Shown here in pieces: positions 48,940-58,187 of a stretch of DNA of 64,000 nucleotides (its first letter is position 1; each line of letters starts with the position of its first letter). The DNA is from Armatimonadota bacterium (GTDB lineage Bacteria > Armatimonadota > SYMT01), in assembly GCA_046292385.1 (NCBI GenBank), contig JBKBRF010000020.1, positions 32,001 through 96,000 of the forward strand, read 5' to 3'. Made by a program: the position numbers and the translations under genes. Below the pieces are notes generated by a model, which was not told the origin of the DNA, did no database searches, and worked only from the letters and a program-made list of their open reading frames with translations.

Positions 48940-49084
48940 CAGCCGCCCCCAGAAACTACTCGAGCGGCAGGCCGGGTTCCGGCCAGAAGCGCCCGCCGCA
49001 TCCAGGATTGTCGTCTGTCTTCGGGCGCGCCTTCAGGGTGGAACGTCGGGAGAATCCGGCGGAGGCGAACTCTTGACAGGCGCC

Positions 49085-49498
49085 TTAATCCACTGACTCC
49101 GGGGGCTGGGGGGCGCGGGGGCGGTCCTCGTACGGGCGGGGGCGGTCTTCGGGCGACCGCGGGCGATCGTAGCCTCGGTCCGGGGGGCCGCCGGGCCCAA
49201 CCCGGCGGAACTGCGGCGCGTCGCCGGAGCGGCGCGGGCCGGGACGCGGCGGACCGCCCGGGCGGCGGCGGGGCGGGACGGAGATCGAGACGACGGCGCT
49301 CTTGTAGACCATCTGCGGCGGCGTGCCATCCAGCGGGTCGATCAGGAGCACGTAGGGATCCAGCTCCAGAAGGCGGCCGCGTACCGCCATTCGGTTGCGG
49401 AGGTAGACCGTGATCGCCTGCGGACCTCCGATAAGGTGCGAGAGCAGGTCGTCCTGAAAATCCCGGGCGCCGTTCGGGCGGTTCTTCATCATCGCCAT
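49085..49498 (-). CDS. hfq: Divergent Hfq-like Sm protein with Arg/Gly/Pro-rich tail
   Basis: FQDDLL, ITVYLRN...G...LDPYVLLI, QMVYKSAV align by eye to Hfq Sm1/Sm2. Confidence 0.8.
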   Translation of the reverse strand: MAMMKNRPNGARDFQDDLLSHLIGGPQAITVYLRNRMAVRGRLLELDPYVLLIDPLDGTPPQMVYKSAVVSISVPPRRRPGGPPRPGPRRSGDAPQFRRVGPGGPPDRGYDRPRSPEDRPRPYEDRPRAPQPPESVD

Positions 49499-49534
49499 CC
49501 GTTCTTCGGCCGGCTCAGCAATCCGGTACCGGCA

Positions 49535-50011
49535 CTATGTCCCACGTTCGCCAGGGAGACCGGCGCTTTCCTGTTCCAGAGAGCGCAGCCGCGTCTCGGC
49601 GGCCCGGAGCCGCTCTCGCAGGGGCTCCAGCGAGATCTCCTGCGCCGGCCGCGCTCCGCCTCCACGGCGCTTCAGTGCCGCCAGCGCCGCGAGCAGGCCG
49701 ACCAGCCCGACGGCCACCCCGGCGAGTGCCAGCAGCCGCGACTGCTCCGCTTCGCGCCGGAGGCGGGCGGAGCCCTCTTGCATCGCCCGCTGCCGGGTCT
49801 CGGCGCCGGCCGCGGACGCTTCGAGCTGCTCGACCCGCCGGTAGAGCGCCTGGTGCCCTTCCCGCAGACGCCGCACCACGCGGCGCAGCGTCGCAATCTC
49901 CCGGTTCGGCGCCGGCGCGGGGGCTGCCTGGCCCTGCGCGCGTACCGGCATCGCGAGGGCGGAGAGCGCCAGCAGGAGCACCGCCGGCAGCAGGCCTAGC
50001 CGCGCGACCAT
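49535..50011 (-). CDS. Hypothetical membrane-anchored coiled-coil protein
   Basis: Signal peptide, coiled coil, TM helix, second coiled coil; start overlaps the upstream stop. Confidence 0.7.
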   Translation of the reverse strand: MVARLGLLPAVLLLALSALAMPVRAQGQAAPAPAPNREIATLRRVVRRLREGHQALYRRVEQLEASAAGAETRQRAMQEGSARLRREAEQSRLLALAGVAVGLVGLLAALAALKRRGGGARPAQEISLEPLRERLRAAETRLRSLEQESAGLPGERGT

Positions 50012-50715
50012 TATACCAACCCCCCGTTTGGCGGCAAACCGGCCGTGCCGCGCTGCAGGCGCTGGACCAGCAGCTCCAGCAGCCGCTCGGCCAGCTCCGC
50101 GTTCGTCTCCACGCTGGCCTGCACGCCGTGCTCATCCAGGATCAGCGCCGGGTGGCGATCGGCGGTGAGGCCGGTCAGGTCGTTCGCCACGATCAGCTCC
50201 GCCCGCGAGCGCTCCCGGCTGCGGGAGGCGATCCGGATCAGCTCGTCCCGGCTCCGGGCGACCTCCAGCTTGAACTTCACCAGGACGAGCTTCGGATCGA
50301 GCCGCTTCACCTCGTCTACGATCTTGGGCGCGGGCACGAGCCGCAGCGTCAGCTCTCCCGCGGAGGGGATCTTTCCCGTCTCGACGTTCGCCGGGAGGTA
50401 GTCCGAAACGGCGGCCGCGTGGATCATCGCGTCGAAACGCCCGCTGCCGGCGAGCTCCCGGACCGCCGTGTGGAGGTCGTCGAAGGTGACGTAGCGCCGC
50501 ACGCAGGCTCCGGCGAGCGAGCTCTCTGCCGGCGGCTCCTGCACCGGACCCAGGAGGAGCGTCACTTCCGCGCCCAGCTCCGCGGCCCGCCGCGCGATCG
50601 TCACTCCCGTTCGCCCGCTCGAAGTGTTCCCCAGGTAGCGCACGGCGTCCAGCGGGACCCAGGTGGGTCCGGCGGTGATCAGGAGACGTCGGCCGGCGAG
50701 CGAAGGCGGGTGCAT
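50011..50715 (-). CDS. Stand-alone CoaB-like (DFP C-terminal domain) protein
   Basis: ITAGPT..PLDAVRYLGNTSSGRTG, HAAAVSDY, GKI, FKLE, VANDL. Confidence 0.85.
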   Translation of the reverse strand: MHPPSLAGRRLLITAGPTWVPLDAVRYLGNTSSGRTGVTIARRAAELGAEVTLLLGPVQEPPAESSLAGACVRRYVTFDDLHTAVRELAGSGRFDAMIHAAAVSDYLPANVETGKIPSAGELTLRLVPAPKIVDEVKRLDPKLVLVKFKLEVARSRDELIRIASRSRERSRAELIVANDLTGLTADRHPALILDEHGVQASVETNAELAERLLELLVQRLQRGTAGLPPNGGLV

Positions 50716-50753
50716 GGGGTAGAGAGGGGAGGCCGGGGCGGCGGAGAAAAAAC

Positions 50754-50780
50754 TGAACCGCTCCTCCGGCGGCCCGTCTA
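50754..50780 (+). promoter_or_regulatory. Putative ECF-sigma promoter
   Basis: TGAAC-N16-CGTCTA. Confidence 0.5.
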
Positions 50781-50821
50781 TGCCATCGATCTGCTTCGTT
50801 TCCTTCTCCGGTTCTGGAGAA

Positions 50822-50854
50822 CCCTCGCGGTCCGCCGCGAGGGCTTTTCTTTTT
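50822..50854 (+). terminator. Intrinsic terminator with no protein gene upstream on this strand
   Basis: CCCTCGCGG-TCCG-CCGCGAGGG then CTTTTCTTTT. Confidence 0.8.
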
Positions 50855-50980
50855 AGTCTCGCTCACCGGCGCGGGCCGGAGTAGGGATCGCCCGCCCCGG
50901 CGGTGAACGATTCAGGACTGTTCGCTCGCGTGGACCGATCCGGCCGCCGGGCCTGAAGCATTCCCGGGAGTAGTACGGCC

Positions 50981-51676
50981 ATGGCGTTTACGAATCTTCT
51001 CGAACAGATCCCGCTTTTCGAAGACCTGCCCGCTGCGGACCTGGAGATCATCAGCCAGCGGTTCCGGCAGCGCCGCTACAAGGAAGGCGACACGATCTTC
51101 CACCGGAACGATCCGGGAGTGGCGCTCTACGTCATCCTGAACGGCAAGATCAAGATCCACAACGAGACGCCGGACGGCGCCGACTGTATTATAACGATCC
51201 TCACCGACGGCGACTTTTTCGGCGAGTTGGCGGTGATCGACGGTGAGGAGCGCAGCGCGGACGCCACCACGCTGGAGTCGACCGAGCTGCTGATGCTCAC
51301 CCGCGACGACCTCCACAACATCCTGGAGCGGTACCCCCGCATCGGGCTGCGGCTGCTGGAGACGCTGGCGGGAAGGCTGCGCCGCACCACCGAGGTCTAC
51401 ATGGCCTACTCCACGCTCGACGTGAACGGCCGTCTCGCCCTGCAGCTCCTCCGGCTGGCGGAGCAGCACGGCGTGGTGACCCCGCGGGGCGTGCGGATCG
51501 ACCTCCGGCTCACCCAGACCGACCTCGGCGCACTGGTCGGCGCGTCGCGGGAGAGCGTGAACAAGGTGCTCGGCTACTTCCGGCGGCAGGGCTGGGTAAC
51601 GGTGGACGAGAAGAACCACATCACGCTGCAGTCGCAGGAGCCGCTGTCCCGCCTCTGTGAGCTGAACCTCGGGTAA
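50981..51676 (+). CDS. Crp/Fnr family regulator
   Basis: FFGELA...RSA cNMP pocket; HTH LTQTDLGALVGASRESVNK. Confidence 0.93.
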   Translation: MAFTNLLEQIPLFEDLPAADLEIISQRFRQRRYKEGDTIFHRNDPGVALYVILNGKIKIHNETPDGADCIITILTDGDFFGELAVIDGEERSADATTLESTELLMLTRDDLHNILERYPRIGLRLLETLAGRLRRTTEVYMAYSTLDVNGRLALQLLRLAEQHGVVTPRGVRIDLRLTQTDLGALVGASRESVNKVLGYFRRQGWVTVDEKNHITLQSQEPLSRLCELNLG

Positions 51677-51735
51677 CGGTTCGATCCGGCTCCGGGCAGG
51701 GCTCGCCTTCACCGGTAGATCTGACCCGCCGGGTG

Positions 51736-52884
51736 TCAGGCCGCGAGGCGGCGCACCTCCACGCCGACCTGCTCGGCGAGCCAGCTCTCCAACTCCCGGG
51801 CCATCTCCCGCGGCTTCCGGTCCTGCGGCACCGGCCAGTAGGCGCCCTGGCGCGTCTTCTGCTTCATCCATGCCGTGATGATCTGGATCTCGTCCAGGAG
51901 CGCGGTGTCGATCCGGGAGCCGGGGGCGGGGTCTTGCGCCTGGCTCCAGCTCTCCAGCAGGCGCGCGGTCCAGCCCCGGCGCGACTTCGCGGCCCGCAGC
52001 TCCGCGAGGGGCGCCTCCGCGTTGAGCACCAGGTGCCCGGAGCGAAAGACGAAGAGGCAGAGCGTCTCCGCCTTGACGGAGGGGCAGGCGACGATGAGCG
52101 AGAGCTCCTGCGTGGCGCTCAGCACCGCCTGCTGGCGGCCGCTTACCGCCTGGATCAGCTTCATCGCGTCGCGCAGGCGGGCGGCGATCTCGAACTGCAT
52201 CCGCTCCGCGGCCCGCTCCATCCGCTGGCGCAGCGCGTCGAGCACGCCCTGCTCGCGTCCGTCGAAGACGCCGCACGCCTGGTCGACCGCCTGGTCGTAC
52301 TGCGGCGCGCCCGCTTCTCCCAGGCAGGGAGCGGAGCAGGTGCCGAAGTCGTAGCGGTAGCAGGGCCGCTGGCGGCGGATCTGCGTGCCGGGTCCCTCGC
52401 AGCTCCGCAGCTTCAGCGCGTCCGCCAGCGCGCCCACTCCCGCCTCCAGCACCGTCTGGTTGCGGAACGGGCCGAAGTAGGTGGCGCCGTCGCGCTGCGG
52501 CGCGCGGGTGACCTCCAGCATCGGAAACGGATCGGCGAGGTCCACCCGCACGTACGGCAGCGGCGTGAAGTCCTTGAGCAGGACGTTGAAGCGCGGCTGG
52601 TGGAGCTTGACGAGGCGGCTCTCCAACAGGAGCGCCTCCAGCTCGGACCCGGTCTCCTCCCAGTCGAGCGCCGCGATCTCCTGTCGCATCCGGCGGAGCT
52701 TCTTCGTGGTGGGCTTGCCCGTAAAATAGGAGCGAACCCGGTCTCGCAGGCAGACCGATTTTCCTACGTAGACCAGCTTTCCTGCGGCATCATAGAAGCG
52801 GTAGATGCCGGGCGCCGTGGGGAGCTGCTTCAGGAGCGCCTGAAGCTCGGCTTTGCGTCGATAGAGGGCGGTACTGCGTGCCAT
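51736..52884 (-). CDS. UvrC-like/Cho GIY-YIG excinuclease
   Basis: PGIYRF, YVGKS..LRDRVRSYF, ALLLES, FGPF, UVR motif FEIAARLRD; no RNase H or HhH C-terminus. Confidence 0.88.
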   Translation of the reverse strand: MARSTALYRRKAELQALLKQLPTAPGIYRFYDAAGKLVYVGKSVCLRDRVRSYFTGKPTTKKLRRMRQEIAALDWEETGSELEALLLESRLVKLHQPRFNVLLKDFTPLPYVRVDLADPFPMLEVTRAPQRDGATYFGPFRNQTVLEAGVGALADALKLRSCEGPGTQIRRQRPCYRYDFGTCSAPCLGEAGAPQYDQAVDQACGVFDGREQGVLDALRQRMERAAERMQFEIAARLRDAMKLIQAVSGRQQAVLSATQELSLIVACPSVKAETLCLFVFRSGHLVLNAEAPLAELRAAKSRRGWTARLLESWSQAQDPAPGSRIDTALLDEIQIITAWMKQKTRQGAYWPVPQDRKPREMARELESWLAEQVGVEVRRLAA

Positions 52885-53034
52885 GGCGAACGATGCGGGG
52901 GAGCTTGCTCGGCGAGCTTCTGAATCGTCGCTTGCGGCGATTCGGTGCAATAGTCGGCTCGGGTGAGCCAGGATCAGTAGTTCGATTCAAACAGCTATTT
53001 GCCAAACAGGCAGCGAGGGAGTAGAGAGGGGCGC

Positions 53035-53856
53035 ATGGAGGTGAGAAAGGCGATGTGGCTGGCGGCCGTGATGGCGGCCGGGCTGGCCTGCGCGGCGGGC
53101 GCGGCGCAGGCGCAGGATCCACCCGCGAACGACATCCAGGACATTCTCGGCGCGCCGCTGGCGCGGCCGGCGACGATCTACCTGGCAGAGCGTCCGCAGG
53201 TGAGCGTGGAGTTCGCCGGCGATTACGGCCCCGTTCGGGTGAGCGGGGCGATCGCCGGCGCGCCGGAGCAGCCGCTCCGGTTGACCGATGCCGAGGGCCG
53301 CACCCGGGACGCGACCTGGAGCGAGATCCGGTCGCTCTCCGTCGTCCGCTTCGCCTCCGCCGGGCTGCCGGTGGGGAGCTGGCAGGCGAGCCTGGTGAGC
53401 GACCCGGCGGCCGGCTCCACCACGGTGAGCGGCACCTACGCCTCCACCTCGGCGGCGGACCGCGGCGGCTGGCGGCTGCTGGAGCTTCCGGAGGGAGCGC
53501 TGCGCCTCTCCGGCCAGCCCTACGGCACGCTCGCGATCCCGCTGCGGCGGATCGCCAACTTCGAGATGGTGCCGATCCGCAGCTCGATCGCGGAGATGCC
53601 GGAAGGGGAGCTCCGCCTGGAGGTGGTGGAGGGCACTACGGTGGGCCTGCCGCTGCGGAGCGTGCAGGTCTTTCAGCGGGACACCCGCCGGGGCACCGTA
53701 CGGGTAGCGCTGGAAGATGGCCAGGCCTTTACCGGGAAGCTGGTCGACCTGCCGAACGTCGTGCTCAACGTCGGCGAGGGGGAGGCGGTGCAGCGGATCC
53801 CGCTGGCGCAGGTCGCCTTCCTGGAGCGGGTGCCGCCGGGCGGACGTCGCCTGTAG
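53035..53856 (+). CDS. Secreted hypothetical protein with repeated small beta-domains
   Basis: Signal peptide; repeated IPL..I/V motifs. Confidence 0.7.
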   Translation: MEVRKAMWLAAVMAAGLACAAGAAQAQDPPANDIQDILGAPLARPATIYLAERPQVSVEFAGDYGPVRVSGAIAGAPEQPLRLTDAEGRTRDATWSEIRSLSVVRFASAGLPVGSWQASLVSDPAAGSTTVSGTYASTSAADRGGWRLLELPEGALRLSGQPYGTLAIPLRRIANFEMVPIRSSIAEMPEGELRLEVVEGTTVGLPLRSVQVFQRDTRRGTVRVALEDGQAFTGKLVDLPNVVLNVGEGEAVQRIPLAQVAFLERVPPGGRRL

Positions 53857-53873
53857 TCAGGATCGAGATCGAC

Positions 53874-53912
53874 GCGAAGAGGGGGCGCCTGCCATAGGCG
53901 CCCCCTCTTCGC
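53874..53912. terminator. Perfect hairpin between convergent genes
   Basis: GCGAAGAGGGGGCGCCT/AGGCGCCCCCTCTTCGC. Confidence 0.6.
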
Positions 53913-53941
53913 ATGGCTCTCTTCGACAGCCTGAAAGCAGA

Positions 53942-54757
53942 TCAGTGGCCGTGCCCGTCGTGGGCTCCGTGGGCCTCCGTCCCCTGCGGCTGCGCGGCCG
54001 GCCCCGCCGCTGCCCCGCCGGCCTTCGCCCGCGCCGCGGCCTTCCGCTCCGCTTCCTTGCGCCGGCGCGCGAACTCCTTGAGGTCCATCTGCGGGTCGCC
54101 ATCCATCCACGGCGCCACCGGCCGCCCCTTACGCAGCTCGGCGGGCTTGCCGGGTCGGCCGAACCCCAGCCGCTCCGCCAGGTCGTAGCCGAACTCCTGC
54201 ATCGACCGCTGCTCGCGCGGAGACTTGCTGATCCAGGTCACCTTGCGGTCGCCGTCCACCAGGAACATGCGGGGGCAGGGGTGTCCGTCGTAGATCTGGC
54301 CGACCCGCCAGGGCGCCCGCCGGTCCGTCACGGCGGGGTCCTTTTCATCGTAGAGGAGCGTCTGCTCCAGCTCGATCTCCTCCCGGTAGCGCGGCTCGCC
54401 CTCTTTCGGAATCGTGGCGACGGTAATGAGCTCCGGGAACTTGTCCCCCTCCATCCGCTGCAGCCGGCCGAGATAGTGCTGCACCTGGCGGCAGTCGGCG
54501 CACCCGCAGATGAACCCGAGCAGTGTCTCACCCTTCACCATCTGCGAGAGCGTGTGCGGCCGGTCGGAAGCGTCTTTGAGCGTGAAGTCGGGAGCGGCGT
54601 CGCCGACTTTGAACGAGAGCGGGGCCGGTGCCGGGGTGTCCGGAGCCCCCGGGGCGGGTCCGGCCAGGAGGCTCCGTCCCGTCTCGATGCCCACCACTCC
54701 CAGAACGATCACCAGGACCAGCAGTGCCCACGTGTTAGCGGACCAGCGTGCTTTCAT
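53942..54757 (-). CDS. Membrane-anchored redoxin (AhpC/TSA-like fold)
   Basis: TM helix; VGDAAPDFTL; CGCADC; CPRMFLVD; His-rich C-terminus. Confidence 0.8.
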   Translation of the reverse strand: MKARWSANTWALLVLVIVLGVVGIETGRSLLAGPAPGAPDTPAPAPLSFKVGDAAPDFTLKDASDRPHTLSQMVKGETLLGFICGCADCRQVQHYLGRLQRMEGDKFPELITVATIPKEGEPRYREEIELEQTLLYDEKDPAVTDRRAPWRVGQIYDGHPCPRMFLVDGDRKVTWISKSPREQRSMQEFGYDLAERLGFGRPGKPAELRKGRPVAPWMDGDPQMDLKEFARRRKEAERKAAARAKAGGAAAGPAAQPQGTEAHGAHDGHGH

Positions 54758-57700
54758 CGTGCCTTGGCCTCTCCTGCGGCCCCGGGTCCGGGCAGGGGGG
54801 ATCTGCCTTTTCCACGCGGACGGCGCAGTACTTGAATTCGGGGATCTTGGCGGTAGGGTCCAGCGCGTCGTTGGTGAGCAGGTTGGCCGCCGCTTCCCGG
54901 AAGTGGAACGCCATGAAGACCGTGCCGCGATCCACCCGGCGGGTGATCCGGGCCGGCGCTACCAGGGCGCCGCGTCGCGACGTGATCCGGAGCGCCGCGC
55001 CTTCCTCGACGCCGAGCTCCCGGGCGTCCTCCGGATGGATCTCCACGAACGGCTCGGGGCAGATCTCATCGAGGGCGCGGGAGCGTCGGGTCATCGTGCC
55101 GGTGTGCCAGTGCTGCAAGACCCGTCCCGTATTGAGTACGTACGGATAGCTCGCGTCCGGCAGTTCCTGCGGTGGCGCGAATTCCGCCGGAGAGAAGAGC
55201 CCTCGTCCTCGCGGAAAGCTCTCCTGGAAAAGCACGGGACTGCCGGGGTCCTCGGGACCGGTGCACGGCCAGATGAGCGGCGCCTGCCGCAGCCGCTCGT
55301 GGCTCAGGCCGCCGTAGTCCGGGGTGAGCGCCGCGATCTCCCGGAAGATCTCTTCCGGGCTGTCGTAGCTCATCGGGTACCCCATCCGGCCTGCGAGATC
55401 AATCAGCACCTGCCAGTCCTCGCGGGCGCCGCCGGGCGGAGGCGTGGCCTGGCGCGCGAGCTGGACCCAGCGGTCGGTGTTCGTGTAGGTGCCGTCCTTC
55501 TCCGCGTGGGTGCTGGCCGGGAGGATGACGTCGGCGAACTCGGCCGTCTCGGTGAGGAAGATGTCCTGTACCGCCAGGAACTCCAGGGAGCCGAGCGCTT
55601 TGCGGACCTTGTTCACGTTCGGGTCGCTCAGGAACGGGTTTTCCCCCATCATCAGCATTCCGCGAACCCGGCCCTCCAACGCCGCCTTCATGATCTCCAC
55701 CACGGTGAGGCCCGGGTTCGGATCGAGCGGCACGCCCCAGGCGCGCTCGAACTTCTCCCGGATCTCCGGATCCGTGACCGGCTGGTACCCGGTAAAGACC
55801 ATCGGGATCAGGCCGACGTCGGACGCGCCCTGCACGTTGTTCTGGCCGCGCAGCGGGTGGAGCCCGGTGCCGGGCCGCCCGATGTTGCCGGTCAGCAGCG
55901 CCAGCGAGATCAGGCCCCGGGCGTTGTCGGTGCCGGTGGTGTGCTGGGAGACGCCCATGCCCCAGAAGATGATGCCCTGGCGCGTGCCGCCGAAGAGACG
56001 GGCCACCGTCTCGATCGTCGCCGCCGGGACCCCGGTGATCTTTTCCGCCACCTCCGGCGTATAGTGCCGCACCGTTTCCCGGAGCGCTTCGAAGTTTTCG
56101 GTCCGCGCCGCGATGAAGGCGTCGTCCTGCAGCCCCTCTCGCAGGATCACGTGCATGATCGAGTTGAGGAGCGCCACGTCGGTGCCCGGCTTGAAGCGGA
56201 CGTAGTGGTGCGCGAAGCGGGCCATCTCCGGACGCCGGGGATCCATCACGATCAGCGTGGTGCCGCGGCGGACCGCCTGCTTGATGAAGCTGGAGGCGAC
56301 CGGGTGGTTCTCCGTGGTGTTGGACCCGATGATGAGGCAGACTTCCGCCAGCGCCACGTCCGCCACCGGGTTGGAGACGGAGCCGGAGCCGATGCACTCC
56401 ATCAGCGCCGCGACGGAGGAGGCGTGGCAGAGGCGCGTGCAGTGGTCCACGTTGTTAGTGCCGAAGACGGCGCGGACCAGCTTCTGGAAGAGGTAGTTGT
56501 CCTCGTTGGTGCACTTGGCGCTGCCGAAGCCGGCCAGCGCGCCCGGCCCGTGTTCCCGCTTGATCCGGAGCAGGCGCTCGGCGATGAGGTCGAGCGCCTC
56601 GTCCCAGGTCGCCTCCCGGAACGCCGGGAGAATCTTCGAGTAGTCGACCGGAGGGGAGCCGCGGCGCTTGCGGCGGAAGTCGCCCTGCTCCCGCACGTCC
56701 TCGGAGAGGGGCCCCTTGGGGTAGTACTCCTCCCGCCGGATCAGTGGGGTGGTGAGGCGCTGCGGATGGCTGGAGTAATCGAACCCATAGCGGCCCTTGA
56801 CGCAGAGCCGGCCGAAGTTGGCGGGCGCCTCCGGCCGGCCGGTGACGCGAACGACCCGGTCTTCCTGCACGTGCATCGTGACCCCGCAGCCGACCCCGCA
56901 GTAAGGGCAGACGCTCTGGACCGGCCTGAGCGCCTCCACCTGGATCGGGGCGACGAGCGCGCGGTCGACCAGCGCTCCGGTGGGGCAGCGGGCCATGCAC
57001 TCGCCGCAGGAGACGCAGGTCGACTCGCCCATCGGGGAGTCGGTGTCGAAGGAGATCCGCGCCTCGAAGCCTTTGCCGGTGCGGCCGATCACCTCGTTCA
57101 CCTGGATCCAGTCGCACCCGCGAATGCAGCGGTCGCAGAGGATGCAGGCGCTGTGATCCACCGCAATCACCGGGCTGCTCGGATCGAACGGCAGCCGCGG
57201 ATGCAGCGGCGGCGAGGGCGCCGGTGCGGCGTGTGAGACGGGGGAGGTCGGCACGTGGACGCGCGGGTCGAGGTGCTGCGGGTCGGGGTTGAGCGGGGCG
57301 GCCCCTCCGGGAGTCGCCGCGGCGCGGCCGCCGCCGTTCGGCAGCGGAGCGCCGGCCTCGTGCCGCTCCGCGCGGGAAGCCGGCGCCGCCTGCGGCGCGG
57401 CATCCTCCGCCGCCCACTGGCGGGTGGCGGGGAAGCGCGGCGCGGAGACGTCGAAGTCGTCGGCCAGGCGCTCCAGCTCGCAGCCGCCGTTCAGGCGCTG
57501 CTTGGCGCACGGCGAAGGGTGGTCCGCCATCAGCAGCTCCACCACCATCTTGCGCGCGTTGTGGACCCGCTCCGTCTCGGTGCGCACCACCATGCCCGGC
57601 TCGCAGGCGCGGATGCACGACGCCGGGAGCACGCGCGCGCCTTCTACCTCCACCGCGCAGACGCGGCAGACGGCGACCGGGTCCATCCCCGGGTCGTGGC

Positions 57701-57851
57701 ACAGCGCCGGGATCTCGATCCCCAGGCTGCGCGCCGCCTCCCAGATCGTCGTGCCGGGAAGCACCTCGACCGGCCGGTCGTCGATCGTCAGCCGGATCGT
57801 CTCGACGGAGGGCGCTGCCGACGTCGGAAGCGTGGTAGGCGAAGCGGACAT
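54735..57851 (-). CDS. fdhF: Formate dehydrogenase alpha subunit (Cys-type) with N-terminal Fe-S domains
   Basis: 2Fe-2S and 2x4Fe-4S motifs, CPYCGVGC, RLCHAS, RGQNNVQG, PEFKYCAV; start trimmed to 57851. Confidence 0.93.
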   Translation of the reverse strand: MSASPTTLPTSAAPSVETIRLTIDDRPVEVLPGTTIWEAARSLGIEIPALCHDPGMDPVAVCRVCAVEVEGARVLPASCIRACEPGMVVRTETERVHNARKMVVELLMADHPSPCAKQRLNGGCELERLADDFDVSAPRFPATRQWAAEDAAPQAAPASRAERHEAGAPLPNGGGRAAATPGGAAPLNPDPQHLDPRVHVPTSPVSHAAPAPSPPLHPRLPFDPSSPVIAVDHSACILCDRCIRGCDWIQVNEVIGRTGKGFEARISFDTDSPMGESTCVSCGECMARCPTGALVDRALVAPIQVEALRPVQSVCPYCGVGCGVTMHVQEDRVVRVTGRPEAPANFGRLCVKGRYGFDYSSHPQRLTTPLIRREEYYPKGPLSEDVREQGDFRRKRRGSPPVDYSKILPAFREATWDEALDLIAERLLRIKREHGPGALAGFGSAKCTNEDNYLFQKLVRAVFGTNNVDHCTRLCHASSVAALMECIGSGSVSNPVADVALAEVCLIIGSNTTENHPVASSFIKQAVRRGTTLIVMDPRRPEMARFAHHYVRFKPGTDVALLNSIMHVILREGLQDDAFIAARTENFEALRETVRHYTPEVAEKITGVPAATIETVARLFGGTRQGIIFWGMGVSQHTTGTDNARGLISLALLTGNIGRPGTGLHPLRGQNNVQGASDVGLIPMVFTGYQPVTDPEIREKFERAWGVPLDPNPGLTVVEIMKAALEGRVRGMLMMGENPFLSDPNVNKVRKALGSLEFLAVQDIFLTETAEFADVILPASTHAEKDGTYTNTDRWVQLARQATPPPGGAREDWQVLIDLAGRMGYPMSYDSPEEIFREIAALTPDYGGLSHERLRQAPLIWPCTGPEDPGSPVLFQESFPRGRGLFSPAEFAPPQELPDASYPYVLNTGRVLQHWHTGTMTRRSRALDEICPEPFVEIHPEDARELGVEEGAALRITSRRGALVAPARITRRVDRGTVFMAFHFREAAANLLTNDALDPTAKIPEFKYCAVRVEKADPPCPDPGPQERPRHDESTLVR

Positions 57852-57871
57852 AGACTTCCTCACGGATACTC

Positions 57872-58176
57872 GAACCGGGAATCCACCGCAGAGACGCAGA
57901 GGACGCGGAGAGGAACCGGAACAGAATTGAACCGCGGAGAGCGCAAAGGACGCAGAGGGGGAAACTAGAAGGAGGAACCTCGGGGTCGCTGTACGGGACT
58001 CGAGAGGCGCTAAAGGCCCAAACTCTGGTCCCGCCTCTGCGTTTCCTCTGCGCTCTCCGCGTCCTCTGCGGTGAATCTGGTTCGGACCGGGGCCGCTGTA
58101 CGGCACTCGTTCAGCGGAACAAGGCCAGAACTCTGGTTCGGTCTCTCTCTACGCTCTTTGCGCTCTCCGCGGTGAA
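57872..58176. repeat. Composite repeat locus: 2 forward nonamer arms then 2 x (core + reverse arm)
   Basis: Arms at 57884 and 57930; cores at 57981 and 58088; homologous to 45629..46091. Confidence 0.88.
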
Positions 58177-58187
58177 ATACCTCGTTC

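Noticed and set aside
46288..49413. 1041-aa + strand ORF and similar long antisense ORFs (e.g. 54510..57236, 12013..14277, 5271..7544)
   Set aside because: Antisense shadows of well-supported genes; stops are rare at this GC content
54735..57851. Selenocysteine formate dehydrogenase
   Set aside because: The active-site residue is Cys (RLCH) and there is no in-frame TGA
57852..58106. N-terminal extension of fdhF in the ORF track
   Set aside because: It runs through the noncoding composite repeat; ATG 57851 has an upstream GAGGAAG
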